A stretch of 64,000 nucleotides of DNA from an uncultured virus (IMG/VR IMGVR_UViG_3300033388_000817) (IMGVR_UViG_3300033388_000817), one strand, 5' to 3'. Numbered from the stretch's first letter, positions 26,582-38,147 are shown. Notes: a model not told the origin generated them from the sequence alone. Program-made: numbers and translations.

Positions 26582-27346
26582 ATGGCAAAAAAAGAAAAAA
26601 TCCAACAAACTGGTTGGGAAATAAAAGATAGAAGATATTTTTTAAAAGATAACTCTTCACCACTAACATTAACAATACCAAGTAAACATACTAAAAAACA
26701 TGCTTTATTATGGTTTGATGAAGAAACAGGTTCTCAAAGAGAATTAAGATATGCAACAAACCAAGCATCAGTTTTTGTAGATGAACAAAGAGGTGAAGCA
26801 ACAATGGGGCATATATCTTTTACTGATGGGGTTTTACACGTTCCAAAAGAACAACAAGCTTTACAGAAAATGTTATCTATATATCACCCTTTATTAGGTA
26901 AAAAATACCTAGAACATAAACCTCAAGCTGTCGCTCAAGATCAATTAGCTTATTTAAATATAGAAATAGATGCGTTAAACGCTGCTAGAGAAATAGAAAT
27001 AGATCAAGCTGAAGCAATCATGAGAGTAGAAATTGGCTCTAAGGTTAATAAGATGAGTTCTAAAGAACTTAAAAGAGATTTATTAATATTTGCTAAAAAC
27101 AATCCTAAATTGTTCTTAGATTTAGCTAATGACGAAAACGTAATGTTGAGAAACTTTGCGATTAGATCAGCTGAACTTGGAATAATTTTATTATCTCAAG
27201 ATCAAAGGCAAATATCCTGGGCGTCTAACGGTAGAAAACTAATGAACGTTCCATTTGATGAAAATCCTTATTCAGCTTTTGCTGCTTATTTAAAAACAGA
27301 CGAAGGTGTAGAAGTATTTAAATCAATAGAGAAAAAAATGATTTAA
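26582..27346 (+). CDS. conserved phage protein downstream of the capsid gene
   Basis: 254-aa ORF. Confidence 0.8.
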   Translation: MAKKEKIQQTGWEIKDRRYFLKDNSSPLTLTIPSKHTKKHALLWFDEETGSQRELRYATNQASVFVDEQRGEATMGHISFTDGVLHVPKEQQALQKMLSIYHPLLGKKYLEHKPQAVAQDQLAYLNIEIDALNAAREIEIDQAEAIMRVEIGSKVNKMSSKELKRDLLIFAKNNPKLFLDLANDENVMLRNFAIRSAELGIILLSQDQRQISWASNGRKLMNVPFDENPYSAFAAYLKTDEGVEVFKSIEKKMI

Positions 27347-27364
27347 CAGGTGATTATAATAATG

Positions 27365-27385
27365 GGTGATCACTTTGTGGTCACC
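27365..27385 (+). other. intergenic stem-loop
   Basis: GGTGATCAC-TTT-GTGGTCACC. Confidence 0.55.
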
Positions 27386-27408
27386 TAATTATTAAAAAAA
27401 AACATAAA

Positions 27409-28338
27409 ATGGCAATAAACGTAAATCAAGTTTATCAAACAGTTTTACTTATTCTCAATAAAGAACAAAGAGGATATTTAACTCCTGATGAATTTAATAG
27501 AATAGGCGCACAAGTGCAGCTTGAAATATTCGAGTCTTATTTTGAAGATTTAAATCAACAATTACGTGTGCCAGACAACGACTCTGAATACTCAGATCGT
27601 ATAAAAAATACGCAAGAAAAAATTGCGCTCTTCCAAGAATCGGGCACGTGTCCTTATATAGGCCCTTATTTTGGTGTGCCAACAGTATCAGGTAACACCA
27701 CATCTCAAACATTCAACACAACAACAGCTCAGCAGTATATAGTAACTACTATTACAGCAGATGAATTAGACGCTGGGCAACCAAGCGTTACTTTAGAAGA
27801 TGCTAATGGTGTTCAACAACCTTTAGCTGAATTTACTGATTGGACTATATCTGGTCTTACACTTAGTTTAACTAACATACCCACAGCTGGTAGAGCTTTA
27901 ATCTTAACAGTTAATGAGTTTGATTTTTATAAACTAGGAACTGTTATACATAAAGATGAAACGCCTGTTCAATATGTTCAACCTAATGAATTATTAGAAT
28001 TGAATTTATCACCTATAACAAAACCATCTACTTCTTTCCCTGTCTACAGATATAAAGATAGACAAATATTTGTATCACCATCCACTATACAGAGTGACTT
28101 GTCTTGTACCTATTTAAGAAAACCACTAAATCCAATGTGGAACTTTACAGCAACAGCTCCAGCTTATCAATATATTTATAACGCTAGTAGCTCTGTAAAC
28201 TTTGAATTACATCCAACAGAACAAACTGAAATAGTGCTAAGGATACTAATGTACGCTGGTGTCATAGTTAAAGATCCACAGTTAATACAAAGCGCAGCTC
28301 AACAAGTTGCTATGGATAATCAAAACGAAAAAATATAA
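27409..28338 (+). CDS. head-tail connector / tail ring protein
   Basis: LNKEQRGYLTPDEFN...YLRKP...FELH; position after the capsid genes. Confidence 0.65.
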   Translation: MAINVNQVYQTVLLILNKEQRGYLTPDEFNRIGAQVQLEIFESYFEDLNQQLRVPDNDSEYSDRIKNTQEKIALFQESGTCPYIGPYFGVPTVSGNTTSQTFNTTTAQQYIVTTITADELDAGQPSVTLEDANGVQQPLAEFTDWTISGLTLSLTNIPTAGRALILTVNEFDFYKLGTVIHKDETPVQYVQPNELLELNLSPITKPSTSFPVYRYKDRQIFVSPSTIQSDLSCTYLRKPLNPMWNFTATAPAYQYIYNASSSVNFELHPTEQTEIVLRILMYAGVIVKDPQLIQSAAQQVAMDNQNEKI

Positions 28339-28341
28339 AAC

Positions 28342-29598
28342 ATGGCTATACAACCTCCAAATAACGGATTACTAAACGAAACTGGTCAACAATACTACCA
28401 AGGTGCTGAGGGTTTTGTAGGCGATGGGGCTAATAGAACTTTTCCTACAACTTTTGATACTGACTTATATTTAGGTAATTGGAATCCTAGTGCTGAAAAC
28501 TACGCGTTAAATAATTTTAAAGTGTATACTAGTACAAGTGGTTTTCCTGGATCCTGGTCTGAATACATTACAGAGTTTTCTATTTCAGATAATTCAATTG
28601 TTTTTCCTGCTAATGCAATACCCGCTAATGGTTTGTATATAGTAGTTCAATTAAAAATACTAGATGGTGGTAAATACGGTTCTACGCCTGCTGAAAAAGC
28701 ATATGGTCAAACCGTAGAAGATAATTATGGTAGTTATAAATATGTGAAATTAGTTGACATAGTAAATAACTTTCTAGTAGGATACGTTGGTACTGGTAAA
28801 TTACTACCAGATGCTAAAAGAACAGATGTTATTTTTCACGCAAAGAGAGGTATGCAAGAATTTAGTTATGATACTTTAAAAAGTATTAAATCTTCTGAGC
28901 TAACAATACCTGAGGGTTTAACTCTTGTACTTCCTCAAGACTACGTTAATTATGTAGGTATGTCTTGGATTGATGAACAAGGAGTAAAAAGACCTATATA
29001 TCCAGCTAATAATTTAACTATAAGTCCCTTTAACACACAGTTACAAGATAGTCAAGGAATACCTACACAGGATAATTTTGGTAATGATTTAGAAGGAACT
29101 TCTATAGTTCAAGAAAGATGGCATAGTGCTAATGACAAGTTAATAAACGGTAGTTGGACAATGCAAGATTTCACAAATGATTTATGGGCTTACAATTGGG
29201 ATTACCCAGGTTCTTTCTTTGGCGCTACAAGAGGTCAAATGTACGGAATGGATCCTCAGTATTCTCAATATAACGGTTGGTTTAACATGAATGAAAGAGA
29301 AGGTAAAGTTTCTTTTTCAGCAAACTTAAAAGATAAATTAATTGTTTTAGAATACATATCAGACGGTTTAGCTACTGATTTAGATACTAAACTACCTAAG
29401 CTCGCTGAAGAGGCAATGTACGCTTATATACTGTATTCTATAATATCTACTAGAGCAAACCAACAAGAGTATGTAGTTCAAAGACTAAAAAGAGACAAGA
29501 GTTCAAAATTGCGTAATGCAAAAATAAGATTATCTAATATAAAGCTTGAAGAAATAGTTCAAGTTATGAGAGGTAAATCTAAATGGATTAAACATTAA
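28342..29598 (+). CDS. tail tubular / ring protein
   Basis: LPQDYVNYV, LEYISDG motifs; morphogenesis context. Confidence 0.65.
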   Translation: MAIQPPNNGLLNETGQQYYQGAEGFVGDGANRTFPTTFDTDLYLGNWNPSAENYALNNFKVYTSTSGFPGSWSEYITEFSISDNSIVFPANAIPANGLYIVVQLKILDGGKYGSTPAEKAYGQTVEDNYGSYKYVKLVDIVNNFLVGYVGTGKLLPDAKRTDVIFHAKRGMQEFSYDTLKSIKSSELTIPEGLTLVLPQDYVNYVGMSWIDEQGVKRPIYPANNLTISPFNTQLQDSQGIPTQDNFGNDLEGTSIVQERWHSANDKLINGSWTMQDFTNDLWAYNWDYPGSFFGATRGQMYGMDPQYSQYNGWFNMNEREGKVSFSANLKDKLIVLEYISDGLATDLDTKLPKLAEEAMYAYILYSIISTRANQQEYVVQRLKRDKSSKLRNAKIRLSNIKLEEIVQVMRGKSKWIKH

Positions 29599-29603
29599 GT
29601 CAC

Positions 29604-30107
29604 ATGAGTTTTTCATCAAAATTTACGGGTAAAAACCCTATTAACAAACAAGATCCACCAAACCAGTCTAATGCTTTGTCAAACATAGAACATAAAGCTG
29701 AAGAGGCTTTAAACTTTCCACAAGAAAAAGCAAGACAAAGAACTGATGAGTATTTAAGTATTACTCCAGACGAAGATGGTTTAATGGAAGAGCAAAACTC
29801 TTTTGAGCACGGCGATACGGCTAGACATTATTTTGCTGGTGATCAAACTTCTAGGTCAATACAAAACAAGTTAGGATCTTTTGGAAAAACACTACCAGGT
29901 AAAACTATTGGTGTTATTGGTTCTAATGTAGGTGGATTAATTCACGAAGCTCAAAATATAAAAGAAGGCAGACCTATTTTAGAATCAGTAGAAGATGCAA
30001 CTAATAATTTTGTAGGTTCACTTGGATCTTTGTTTTCTAAAAACACTAGCACTAAAATATTAGATAGATTAAAAAAATATTTACCAGACGGAAAATCAAA
30101 AAATTAA
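29604..30107 (+). CDS. hypothetical protein with a D-x-x-RH...HE...D-x-x-NN-x-x-G motif
   Basis: GDTARHY, LIHEA, EDATNNFVG. Confidence 0.65.
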   Translation: MSFSSKFTGKNPINKQDPPNQSNALSNIEHKAEEALNFPQEKARQRTDEYLSITPDEDGLMEEQNSFEHGDTARHYFAGDQTSRSIQNKLGSFGKTLPGKTIGVIGSNVGGLIHEAQNIKEGRPILESVEDATNNFVGSLGSLFSKNTSTKILDRLKKYLPDGKSKN

Positions 30108-30110
30108 TAC

Positions 30111-33100
30111 ATGGCAGAATCTAAAAATACTTTTCTAAAATCCAAGATGAATAAAGATCTTGATGATAGAATATTACCTAACGGTGAATATAGAGATGCT
30201 CTGAATATATCTGTAGGTAGATCAGAAGATAATGATGTTGGCTCGCTTGAGAATGTACTAGGTAACTCTTTAATAACAGCTACAGCTTCTAGCAATGCTG
30301 ATTTAAAATGTATAGGTAAGTTTGAAGATGAAGTTGGTAATAGAATATTTCAGATACTAACAGACTACAGTGATACCGATGAAACTTGTCAAACGATAAA
30401 TTATCCATCAGCATCTACTACTGTAGAAATGAAAATAACTGTTCTTGATCTTAACAATAATACTTATAGTACTTTGGTTGAAGGTAAGTTTTTAAATTTA
30501 GCTAAAAACAGATGTTGGCAAGTTACAGGAATAAATTTAGTAGAAGATTTATTGTTTTGGACTGATAATAGAAATCAACCTAGGAAAATAAACGTAACTA
30601 CAGCTTTATCAAACCCTAACTATTATACTGAAGAAAGTCAAATATCTGTAGCTAAGTATATGCCTCAAAAAGCTCCTGAGCTTTACAAAGAAGTGGATAC
30701 AACTGTTACTACAGTTACAGATACTAAAAACTTTGTATTAGAAACGGTTACCGGTATATCTATTAATATGTTTGTGGTTTCTAACGCAGCTCAAAATGCT
30801 GGCTCAGAAAGTATACTTGGAAGCGAATACATAAGAGTAACAGCTGTAGATACAGTTACAAACACAGTGACATTAAACGAGGCGCCACTAACCGCTGTTG
30901 TTGTCGGGCAAAGACTTAGGTTCATTGAAACAACAATGACAAACGAAAGTGATAATACTAGTTGGCCAGGAGACCCTAGGTATTTAGAAGATAAGTATGT
31001 TAGGTTCGCATATAGGTTTCAATTTGACGACGGTGAATATTCTTTAATGTCTCCTTTTACTCAAATAGCTTTTATACCTCAACAATCAGGGTTTTTTCTA
31101 AATGGAAACGAGACACAAGCTTTTGAGAGCACTATAATAAAATGGTTTGAAAATAATGTTGATAATGTTAAATTAAGAATAACTTTACCTGGTGTCGGTA
31201 CAAACGTTAACTTAGGAGGTAGTGTTTCTAAGAATGTTCTTACAGAATATAAAATACAAAATATAGACATACTATATAAAGAATCAAATGGCTTAGTAGT
31301 TAAAGTTTTAAAAACTATATCGGGCACAACTATGGCGTCTGAAATGGATGAGGATATTTATGTTTATGAATATCAATCTGAAAAACCATACAAAACACTA
31401 ACAGAAGGACAAACAACTAGAGTCTATGATAAAGTACCAGTCAGAGCGTTAGCACAATCTATCGCTGGTAATAGAGTTATATATGGTAACTTTAAAGACA
31501 AGCACACTCCTTATAGCACACTTGATTATAACTGCACGGTACAAGAGAAAAATGACTTGTATACTTCTTGGGCAGAATATCCTAATCATACAGTAAAACA
31601 GAATAGAACTTATCAAATAGGTTTTGTTTTAGCGGATAAATTTGGAAGACAATCTTCTGTTATATTATCTTCATACGATACTGTTTCTTCATCTCAAGGT
31701 AACACTGTGTTTGGTGGATCTACTGTTTTTCACCCATACTATGATGCTAACGACTCTTTAGATGTGAAGTCTTGGTTTGGTGATGCAGCTTTAATTTTGT
31801 TAAACCAAACAATAGGTGACTTTACAATTGGATCTTCAGATCGTAATTTAGCTACAGGTGCTCCAGGTATATATGCAGAACCTCAAGCATCTTGGGTTGT
31901 AGACAATAGCACCAACGATTCCTTGACTTATAACGCAGGTACTAACGTATGGACATTAAGCTTCTCTACACCAACTATAGGGTCTTTACCTACAACAGAC
32001 ATGTATTTAAGAGGTGAATATGTAGACTATACTCAAATATTAAGTATTAGTAGTGCGGCTGGAGTAACTAGCATTACTACGCTTGATAAACCAAATAGTT
32101 ATTATTTATACTTAATACAAAACACAGATACTGACACTAAGTTTGCGTACTTTATAAATCCATTAGGTTGGTATTCTTATAAAGTAGTAGTCAAACAAAG
32201 AGAGCAAGATTATTACAATGCATATCTACCTGGGTTTTTAGATGGATATCCTGAGCAAATGACTCAAGGAAGCGAAATACAATACATAGTAGATACAACT
32301 AATCAAACATCTTATGCTCAAAATGCTAATGGTATAAATGAAATTTTATTCCCAGGTGGAGAACTGGATGATACCGCTCATGCTGTTTTAATAAACGATA
32401 ATATAAATAAAATACCTAGAGATTTATCTGAAGTAGGACCTGATCAAAAACAATATAGAAGTAGTGTAGAACTATTTGGTAGAGTAAATAACTACGAGGG
32501 TAAGTTTAATATAACAGGCTTTACACATTCAGGTTGTACTAGCCCACCTTGTGCTGGTGCTGATCAAGTAAATGAAATTAAATTTAATGGTGTAAATGAT
32601 CCAACAAACACAACAGTGTTTTGTCCAACAGGTTCCTGCACAGGTCAAGAAAAAGCATTAGAACCAGGTATGGCCTTGTTAATGGGCAAGTGTGAAACTT
32701 CGTATCCAGACTGTACACCAACTAGTAATCCTCCTGCTTATCAAGATCCTCAGTTTTTTTCTAACGCTACTTTAATAACAAAAGTAGAATACGATGCTGT
32801 TAACGATGAAACAACAGTTACGTTTAGTCCAGGCGGTGCTATTAAAGCAGATGCTGATAATATAATAATAGAGTATGGTGACAACGAACAATATTACCCT
32901 ACACAGAAACCTGATATTGCTTCTACGGTAGGTACTGCAGATGACTTAGGTTTTTATCAATACTCAGTGGATAATTTTAATGGTAGCGCAGCTAGAAACC
33001 TATATCAATTAGAAACAAATCCTATTATAGCTAGATTTTCTACTAATCAAAAATTAGGGGTTATAGCAGCTGATATGGTGCCTTGGTTAAGTATATATGA

Positions 33101-35405
33101 AACAGCACCGGTAGATTCATTGTTAGATATTTTTTGGGAAAGCACAACTGGTTGGAACTTTATTTCAGACATTAATCAAGATGTAGAAGCTGGATCAGAT
33201 GCTCCGGCTGGTTTTTCACCTATAGGTTTTAAGTTTATAGAAAACCAAGAATTTGATTCTACAGATAACAATATACTTACCGCTATAACAGGCGCTTCAG
33301 GCCCTACTGGATCACCTTATATTACAGATATATTTTATCCTCGTAATAATACAGGTGTTAATCTTACAAACACAACAGCAACTATGACTGTTGAAAACGT
33401 CGCGGGTGCAGATGTTTCTGGTGATTTTGAATTACAACAAATACCTCAATCCTCACAACAAGAGGCTGGTGGATATAGAGTTAAGTTTATAAATTCAAAC
33501 CACGTATTTCTAAACTCAGCAGCTACTGTTGAGAGTTTTACTTTTTCTATAGTTATAGATTATAATGGAGAAACAACTACAAGAACTTTCCCGGGAAGAT
33601 TAGAAAACTTTGCACCTTCATTCTCACTTCCTAATTGTAGTGATTATATAACTGTAACTAGTCAAACAGAAACAGGTGCTGTTATAGATTTTAATGGGGT
33701 TAATGGATCTTCATTAACAACATCTGAAGAAAGCGATTTGTTTTTTGATATAACATCTGGTAACAGTAATAGTTATTTTGTGTTAAATGGTTTAACAGGT
33801 GTGCTTACTTTAAATCAAACGTTAGGTCAAAATGTTCCATTAGGGGTTTACCCTTTAACTGTTAGAATTAGAGACGCTTATAATGGTGGTCCTCTTACCG
33901 ATACTCTACCTGAATATTCTACGATGCAAACAACATGCTCGTTTACAATAACTGTAGGTCCTGAAATGGTTCCACCTTATTATCAAGGTCCTTTTCAAAG
34001 TGAGCCAATATGGACAATGGAAGGAAATTTTAACATTTCTAATCCTTGTCAAGCTAGTGGTAATCAAGGCTGTCTCAGAATGGGTATTCAGCCTAGCGCA
34101 GTTAACTCTACAACAGGAGCTGGTAATGGTAGTGGTTTAACCCCAGCTAATAACAATCCATCGTATTTTGGTATTGGTGGTTTTTATTTTGGACCAAGGC
34201 AAAATGGTGGCCCAGGTACAACACCTATATACACTGATCAAGCACCTAGTTTAGGTAGTGGTGAGGTTTATAACATGGTTAGTCATGTGGTGGGTGATAT
34301 AGGTAGTCAACTTGGCTTAACACCTGTAGCATTAACATCTGGAGCAATGCTAATAACTGTTAATTTAGAAAATTTAATGGATTGTGGTAGTGCTGATGAG
34401 CCGCTACCAGAAAATAATTCAGAAATTCAATATGTTAAAATATTTCATAGAGCAGCTAGTGCAACCGCGCCAAACCCAAACTCTTGGCTTGAAATCACAG
34501 ACGCTAATCAATCAAGTGGATCGACTAACGTTGGATCTTCACCAGCTTTTGATTTGAAAGCAGATGTTAGAAGAGATTTTCCACAAACAAGTGCTAACTA
34601 TTGTATAACATCAGGCGCTCTTTATATAGACGCTAATCAATTGCCTGGTGAATATTTTATAGCTGTAAAAGCTATTAATAATCTAGCTGCATCTGGAGCA
34701 GCTCAAGGATGCTGTGTTTGTAATGGTCAGTCTGGAATTCAAGGTGCATATCAAGGTTACGCTTATATAACAACTGAAGATGCTAATTTTGATTTTACAG
34801 GAGCAGCTCAAGATCAAGGTGTTTTATATAGTTACCCATACACAGTTCAGCAAATTGGTGGAACAACTAGCACTTTCCCATCCACAAGCTTACTACCAAT
34901 AGGATCTCCAACAGATACAGTATATGCTCACGCAAAGTATGGTAGTACTGTTAGACAGTTCTTTTCTGACTCAAGTTTATTAACACCGTGGGAGCCAAAT
35001 CAAGGTGTACAAGGTGATTTGTATCACACTTTCGAAGGAGGTTTAATTCAAAACTTCGTATGTGTTCAAGGAAATAATTGCCAAGCTGGACAAAGATACT
35101 GGACTATTTATACTGATCCAGGTGATATTTGTACACAGGTTAGTACTTGGAGTCTACCATCTGAACCTTTCAACATGCAAGCTGCTAGCAAGGTAGTTTA
35201 TAAAGGAAAATTTAGCGATACTGGTGAAGTCGTAAATGGTTATACAATAAGCGATCCTAATTACCCTAGTGATTCAGCAACAGTTATTCTAGCGCAATCT
35301 TTTGATGGTACAGGTTCTGTTAATGGTTCTACAAACGTAAAATCTGGAGGTATACCAGTAACTCGATTCGCTGGAATGTCTGGTTCAGCGGCGAACATTT
35401 GCTAA
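30111..35405 (+). CDS. large tail (stabilisation/nozzle-like) protein
   Basis: KMNKDLDDRILPNGEYRDALN N-terminus, LFWTDNRNQPRKIN, cadherin-like Ig segment; 1764 aa. Confidence 0.75.
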   Translation: MAESKNTFLKSKMNKDLDDRILPNGEYRDALNISVGRSEDNDVGSLENVLGNSLITATASSNADLKCIGKFEDEVGNRIFQILTDYSDTDETCQTINYPSASTTVEMKITVLDLNNNTYSTLVEGKFLNLAKNRCWQVTGINLVEDLLFWTDNRNQPRKINVTTALSNPNYYTEESQISVAKYMPQKAPELYKEVDTTVTTVTDTKNFVLETVTGISINMFVVSNAAQNAGSESILGSEYIRVTAVDTVTNTVTLNEAPLTAVVVGQRLRFIETTMTNESDNTSWPGDPRYLEDKYVRFAYRFQFDDGEYSLMSPFTQIAFIPQQSGFFLNGNETQAFESTIIKWFENNVDNVKLRITLPGVGTNVNLGGSVSKNVLTEYKIQNIDILYKESNGLVVKVLKTISGTTMASEMDEDIYVYEYQSEKPYKTLTEGQTTRVYDKVPVRALAQSIAGNRVIYGNFKDKHTPYSTLDYNCTVQEKNDLYTSWAEYPNHTVKQNRTYQIGFVLADKFGRQSSVILSSYDTVSSSQGNTVFGGSTVFHPYYDANDSLDVKSWFGDAALILLNQTIGDFTIGSSDRNLATGAPGIYAEPQASWVVDNSTNDSLTYNAGTNVWTLSFSTPTIGSLPTTDMYLRGEYVDYTQILSISSAAGVTSITTLDKPNSYYLYLIQNTDTDTKFAYFINPLGWYSYKVVVKQREQDYYNAYLPGFLDGYPEQMTQGSEIQYIVDTTNQTSYAQNANGINEILFPGGELDDTAHAVLINDNINKIPRDLSEVGPDQKQYRSSVELFGRVNNYEGKFNITGFTHSGCTSPPCAGADQVNEIKFNGVNDPTNTTVFCPTGSCTGQEKALEPGMALLMGKCETSYPDCTPTSNPPAYQDPQFFSNATLITKVEYDAVNDETTVTFSPGGAIKADADNIIIEYGDNEQYYPTQKPDIASTVGTADDLGFYQYSVDNFNGSAARNLYQLETNPIIARFSTNQKLGVIAADMVPWLSIYETAPVDSLLDIFWESTTGWNFISDINQDVEAGSDAPAGFSPIGFKFIENQEFDSTDNNILTAITGASGPTGSPYITDIFYPRNNTGVNLTNTTATMTVENVAGADVSGDFELQQIPQSSQQEAGGYRVKFINSNHVFLNSAATVESFTFSIVIDYNGETTTRTFPGRLENFAPSFSLPNCSDYITVTSQTETGAVIDFNGVNGSSLTTSEESDLFFDITSGNSNSYFVLNGLTGVLTLNQTLGQNVPLGVYPLTVRIRDAYNGGPLTDTLPEYSTMQTTCSFTITVGPEMVPPYYQGPFQSEPIWTMEGNFNISNPCQASGNQGCLRMGIQPSAVNSTTGAGNGSGLTPANNNPSYFGIGGFYFGPRQNGGPGTTPIYTDQAPSLGSGEVYNMVSHVVGDIGSQLGLTPVALTSGAMLITVNLENLMDCGSADEPLPENNSEIQYVKIFHRAASATAPNPNSWLEITDANQSSGSTNVGSSPAFDLKADVRRDFPQTSANYCITSGALYIDANQLPGEYFIAVKAINNLAASGAAQGCCVCNGQSGIQGAYQGYAYITTEDANFDFTGAAQDQGVLYSYPYTVQQIGGTTSTFPSTSLLPIGSPTDTVYAHAKYGSTVRQFFSDSSLLTPWEPNQGVQGDLYHTFEGGLIQNFVCVQGNNCQAGQRYWTIYTDPGDICTQVSTWSLPSEPFNMQAASKVVYKGKFSDTGEVVNGYTISDPNYPSDSATVILAQSFDGTGSVNGSTNVKSGGIPVTRFAGMSGSAANIC

Positions 35406-35438
35406 GTAATAAATTAAAAAAATAAGTGATAATATAAT

Positions 35439-37004
35439 ATGGCGGCAACTATTGAAATAAACTATTTTAACTCTTTTTGGATAAAGAAGATGGATTCTAT
35501 AGCAGAGGTTAGGCCTAATACTGGTATAATAGATGTAGATGCTAATAGCGCTACTCAAACAATTACTACTTATGTTCCCGATTTAGGTTATGGACAAAGA
35601 GTTTATGCTAAAGATGCAAATGGAGTTGATGTGGTAGGATTTCCAAGTAAGGTATATTTAATATCTTTTGACATGAGCGCGTCACCTTACACAGTTACTT
35701 TGTCTGAACCTGTAAATTTAACAGCTACAGATGTTTTAATTTTTGGTCCTATTGAATTATTTACTGAAATACCTAGAGTTTACTCAAGTGATTCAACAGA
35801 CTGGTATGCTGAAGAAGCTAGAATAAGAGGAGGTTACAACAATACAAATGTGGACTTAGGTGTAAAAGCTTATTTAGTAGAGGACAACGCTTCTCAGAAC
35901 AATAGATTTAATTCTATGATATATTCTGGAGTTTTTAATTCTAGAACAGGTGTTAACAATACTAATCAATTTTCTGTAGCAGAAAACATAACTAGAAGTG
36001 TAGACCCATCTTATGGTTCTATACAAAAACTTTATGCTGAAGATACTAACTTAATTATATTTCAAGAATTAAAAGTAAGTAAAGCTCTTATAGACAAAGA
36101 CGCTATATACACTCAAGAGGGTCAACCATTGCAAGCTGCTTCAAATGTAGTAATAGGCGGTATAGTTCCTTATGCTGGAGAATATGGAATAAGTACAAAC
36201 CCAGAAAGTTTTGGGGTGTTTGGATATAGAAAGTATTTTGCGGATAGAACTAAAAATCTAATATTAAGATTATCACAAGATGGTATCACTGAGATATCTA
36301 TGTATGGTATGATTGATTTCTTTAGAGATAACTTAGCTGACGCCGGTAGCTTACCAATAGTTGGTGGTTATGATATGCATAATAAACAATATATTGTTTG
36401 TATAGGTGGAGCTGAAGGTTTAGTTAAAAATGGTTTTGATCCTGAAACTGTTGCTTTTGATGAAGCGGTAAAAGGTTGGACTAGTAGATTTGATTATTTT
36501 CCAGATGCCATAGGTAGTTTAAGAAATAATCTATACACTTATTATGAAGGTGAAATATGGCAGCATTATTCTACAAGCGTAAACAGAGCTCAGTTTTATA
36601 ATACAACTCATACGTCTAGTGTTAATCTAGTGCTTAACCCTTCACCTTCGGTGGTTAAAAACTTTAACACTATCAACTACGAAGGTAGTGGTGGTTGGAT
36701 CATGGAGTCATTGACAACTGATCAAGATGTAGCTTTACAAGTATCAGAATATCAACTATCAACAACACTAGCTGATTTGCAAACATCTTTATTTACTAAC
36801 AACTTTAAAAGAAAAGAAAATAAATATTTTGCTAACTTATTAAACCTAACAGCTGTGCAACAAGGTGAGGTTTTATTTGGACAAGCTATGACAGGCGTTA
36901 AAGGTTTTACTTCTGAAGTAAAGTTTACTGTTCCAACGGCAAACCAATCAGCGCAAAGAGAATTATTCGCAGTTTCTAGCGAATTCAATAGATCATCTTA
37001 TTAA
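35439..37004 (+). CDS. tail protein
   Basis: GSIQKLY, YAGEYGISTNPESF, KRKENKYFA motifs. Confidence 0.7.
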   Translation: MAATIEINYFNSFWIKKMDSIAEVRPNTGIIDVDANSATQTITTYVPDLGYGQRVYAKDANGVDVVGFPSKVYLISFDMSASPYTVTLSEPVNLTATDVLIFGPIELFTEIPRVYSSDSTDWYAEEARIRGGYNNTNVDLGVKAYLVEDNASQNNRFNSMIYSGVFNSRTGVNNTNQFSVAENITRSVDPSYGSIQKLYAEDTNLIIFQELKVSKALIDKDAIYTQEGQPLQAASNVVIGGIVPYAGEYGISTNPESFGVFGYRKYFADRTKNLILRLSQDGITEISMYGMIDFFRDNLADAGSLPIVGGYDMHNKQYIVCIGGAEGLVKNGFDPETVAFDEAVKGWTSRFDYFPDAIGSLRNNLYTYYEGEIWQHYSTSVNRAQFYNTTHTSSVNLVLNPSPSVVKNFNTINYEGSGGWIMESLTTDQDVALQVSEYQLSTTLADLQTSLFTNNFKRKENKYFANLLNLTAVQQGEVLFGQAMTGVKGFTSEVKFTVPTANQSAQRELFAVSSEFNRSSY

Positions 37005-37018
37005 TCAAATACAATTAA

Positions 37019-37432
37019 ATGAAATTAACAGCAAGAAGACTAACTGAAGAAGACTATAGCACTATCGTAGAATGGTGGAAGTCTTGGCCAGAGTGGGAGC
37101 CTTTAGCACAAGAAATGTTACCTGAAAACGGTACAGGTGGAATTATAATAGAAAAAGAAGGCGAACCTATAGTAGCAGGTTTTTTATACGGAACAAATTC
37201 AAAAATAGCTTGGATGGAATGGATTATATCAAATCCAAAGTATAGAATTAAAAAAGACAGAGAGCAAGCTATATTATTATTAATAGATTCATTGGAGCAA
37301 TGGGCTTATGATGGAGGTTTTAAATTAATACTTAGTATAGGTAGAAGCAAAAGTCTAATAGATAAACACAAGAAATTAGGGTACACGGTAGATGAAAATC
37401 CATCGCATGAAATAATTAAAAAAATAAGATAA
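37019..37432 (+). CDS. GNAT-like acetyltransferase
   Basis: ARRLTEEDY...AWMEWIISNP...HKKLGY; typical position before internal virion genes. Confidence 0.6.
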   Translation: MKLTARRLTEEDYSTIVEWWKSWPEWEPLAQEMLPENGTGGIIIEKEGEPIVAGFLYGTNSKIAWMEWIISNPKYRIKKDREQAILLLIDSLEQWAYDGGFKLILSIGRSKSLIDKHKKLGYTVDENPSHEIIKKIR

Positions 37433-37433
37433 T

Positions 37434-38147
37434 ATGGCAGCAGTAGCAGCAATCGGAGCTGGAGTTTCCCTTATTGGAGGAGCAGTGTCAGCTAACCAGG
37501 CAAACAAAGCAGGTAAAGGAGCTCGTAACGACGCTAACAGAGCTAGAGCAGAAATAGCAGCTATTAAAGCCGCTAGAGTTGATATAGTTAATCCTTATGC
37601 AAATCAAGTTAATCTATCTGGGTTAGCTGAAAACTTGTCAGGTATGATGAATAATCCATTCTCTAGTTTAGGCGTAGCAACGCAAGCTGCAGAGATTAAA
37701 ATGGAACAAGCTGATATAGCTTTAGCAAATACGTTAGATACAATAAAATCTACGGGTGCTGGTGCTGGTGGCGCAACTGCTTTAGCTCAAGCTGCTTTAG
37801 CAAGCAAAAAAGGTGTTGCTGCAGACATTGAAGCTCAAGAGGCTAAAAACGAACAACTAAGAGCACAAGGTGAAGCATCACTTCAAGCTATGAAAATTTC
37901 AGAGGAACAGAGACTACAAGGTATAGCAATATCAGAAGGCCAAAGATTACAAGCTGGTGAAGCTGCTGGTAAAACTTTCCAAATGCAAATGGAAGAAGCT
38001 AGATCCAATGCTGATTTAGGATACGAAGCTGGTAATTTAGCTAATGCTATGCAAGCTCAATCTAACGCTGCTGCCGCAGAAGCCGGAGCATGGGGATCTG
38101 CTATATCAGGTGTAGCAGGTATAGCTTCATCTGCCATGAAACTATAA
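37434..38147 (+). CDS. internal virion (ejection) protein
   Basis: Ala/Gly/Gln-rich with a hydrophobic N-terminus. Confidence 0.7.
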   Translation: MAAVAAIGAGVSLIGGAVSANQANKAGKGARNDANRARAEIAAIKAARVDIVNPYANQVNLSGLAENLSGMMNNPFSSLGVATQAAEIKMEQADIALANTLDTIKSTGAGAGGATALAQAALASKKGVAADIEAQEAKNEQLRAQGEASLQAMKISEEQRLQGIAISEGQRLQAGEAAGKTFQMQMEEARSNADLGYEAGNLANAMQAQSNAAAAEAGAWGSAISGVAGIASSAMKL

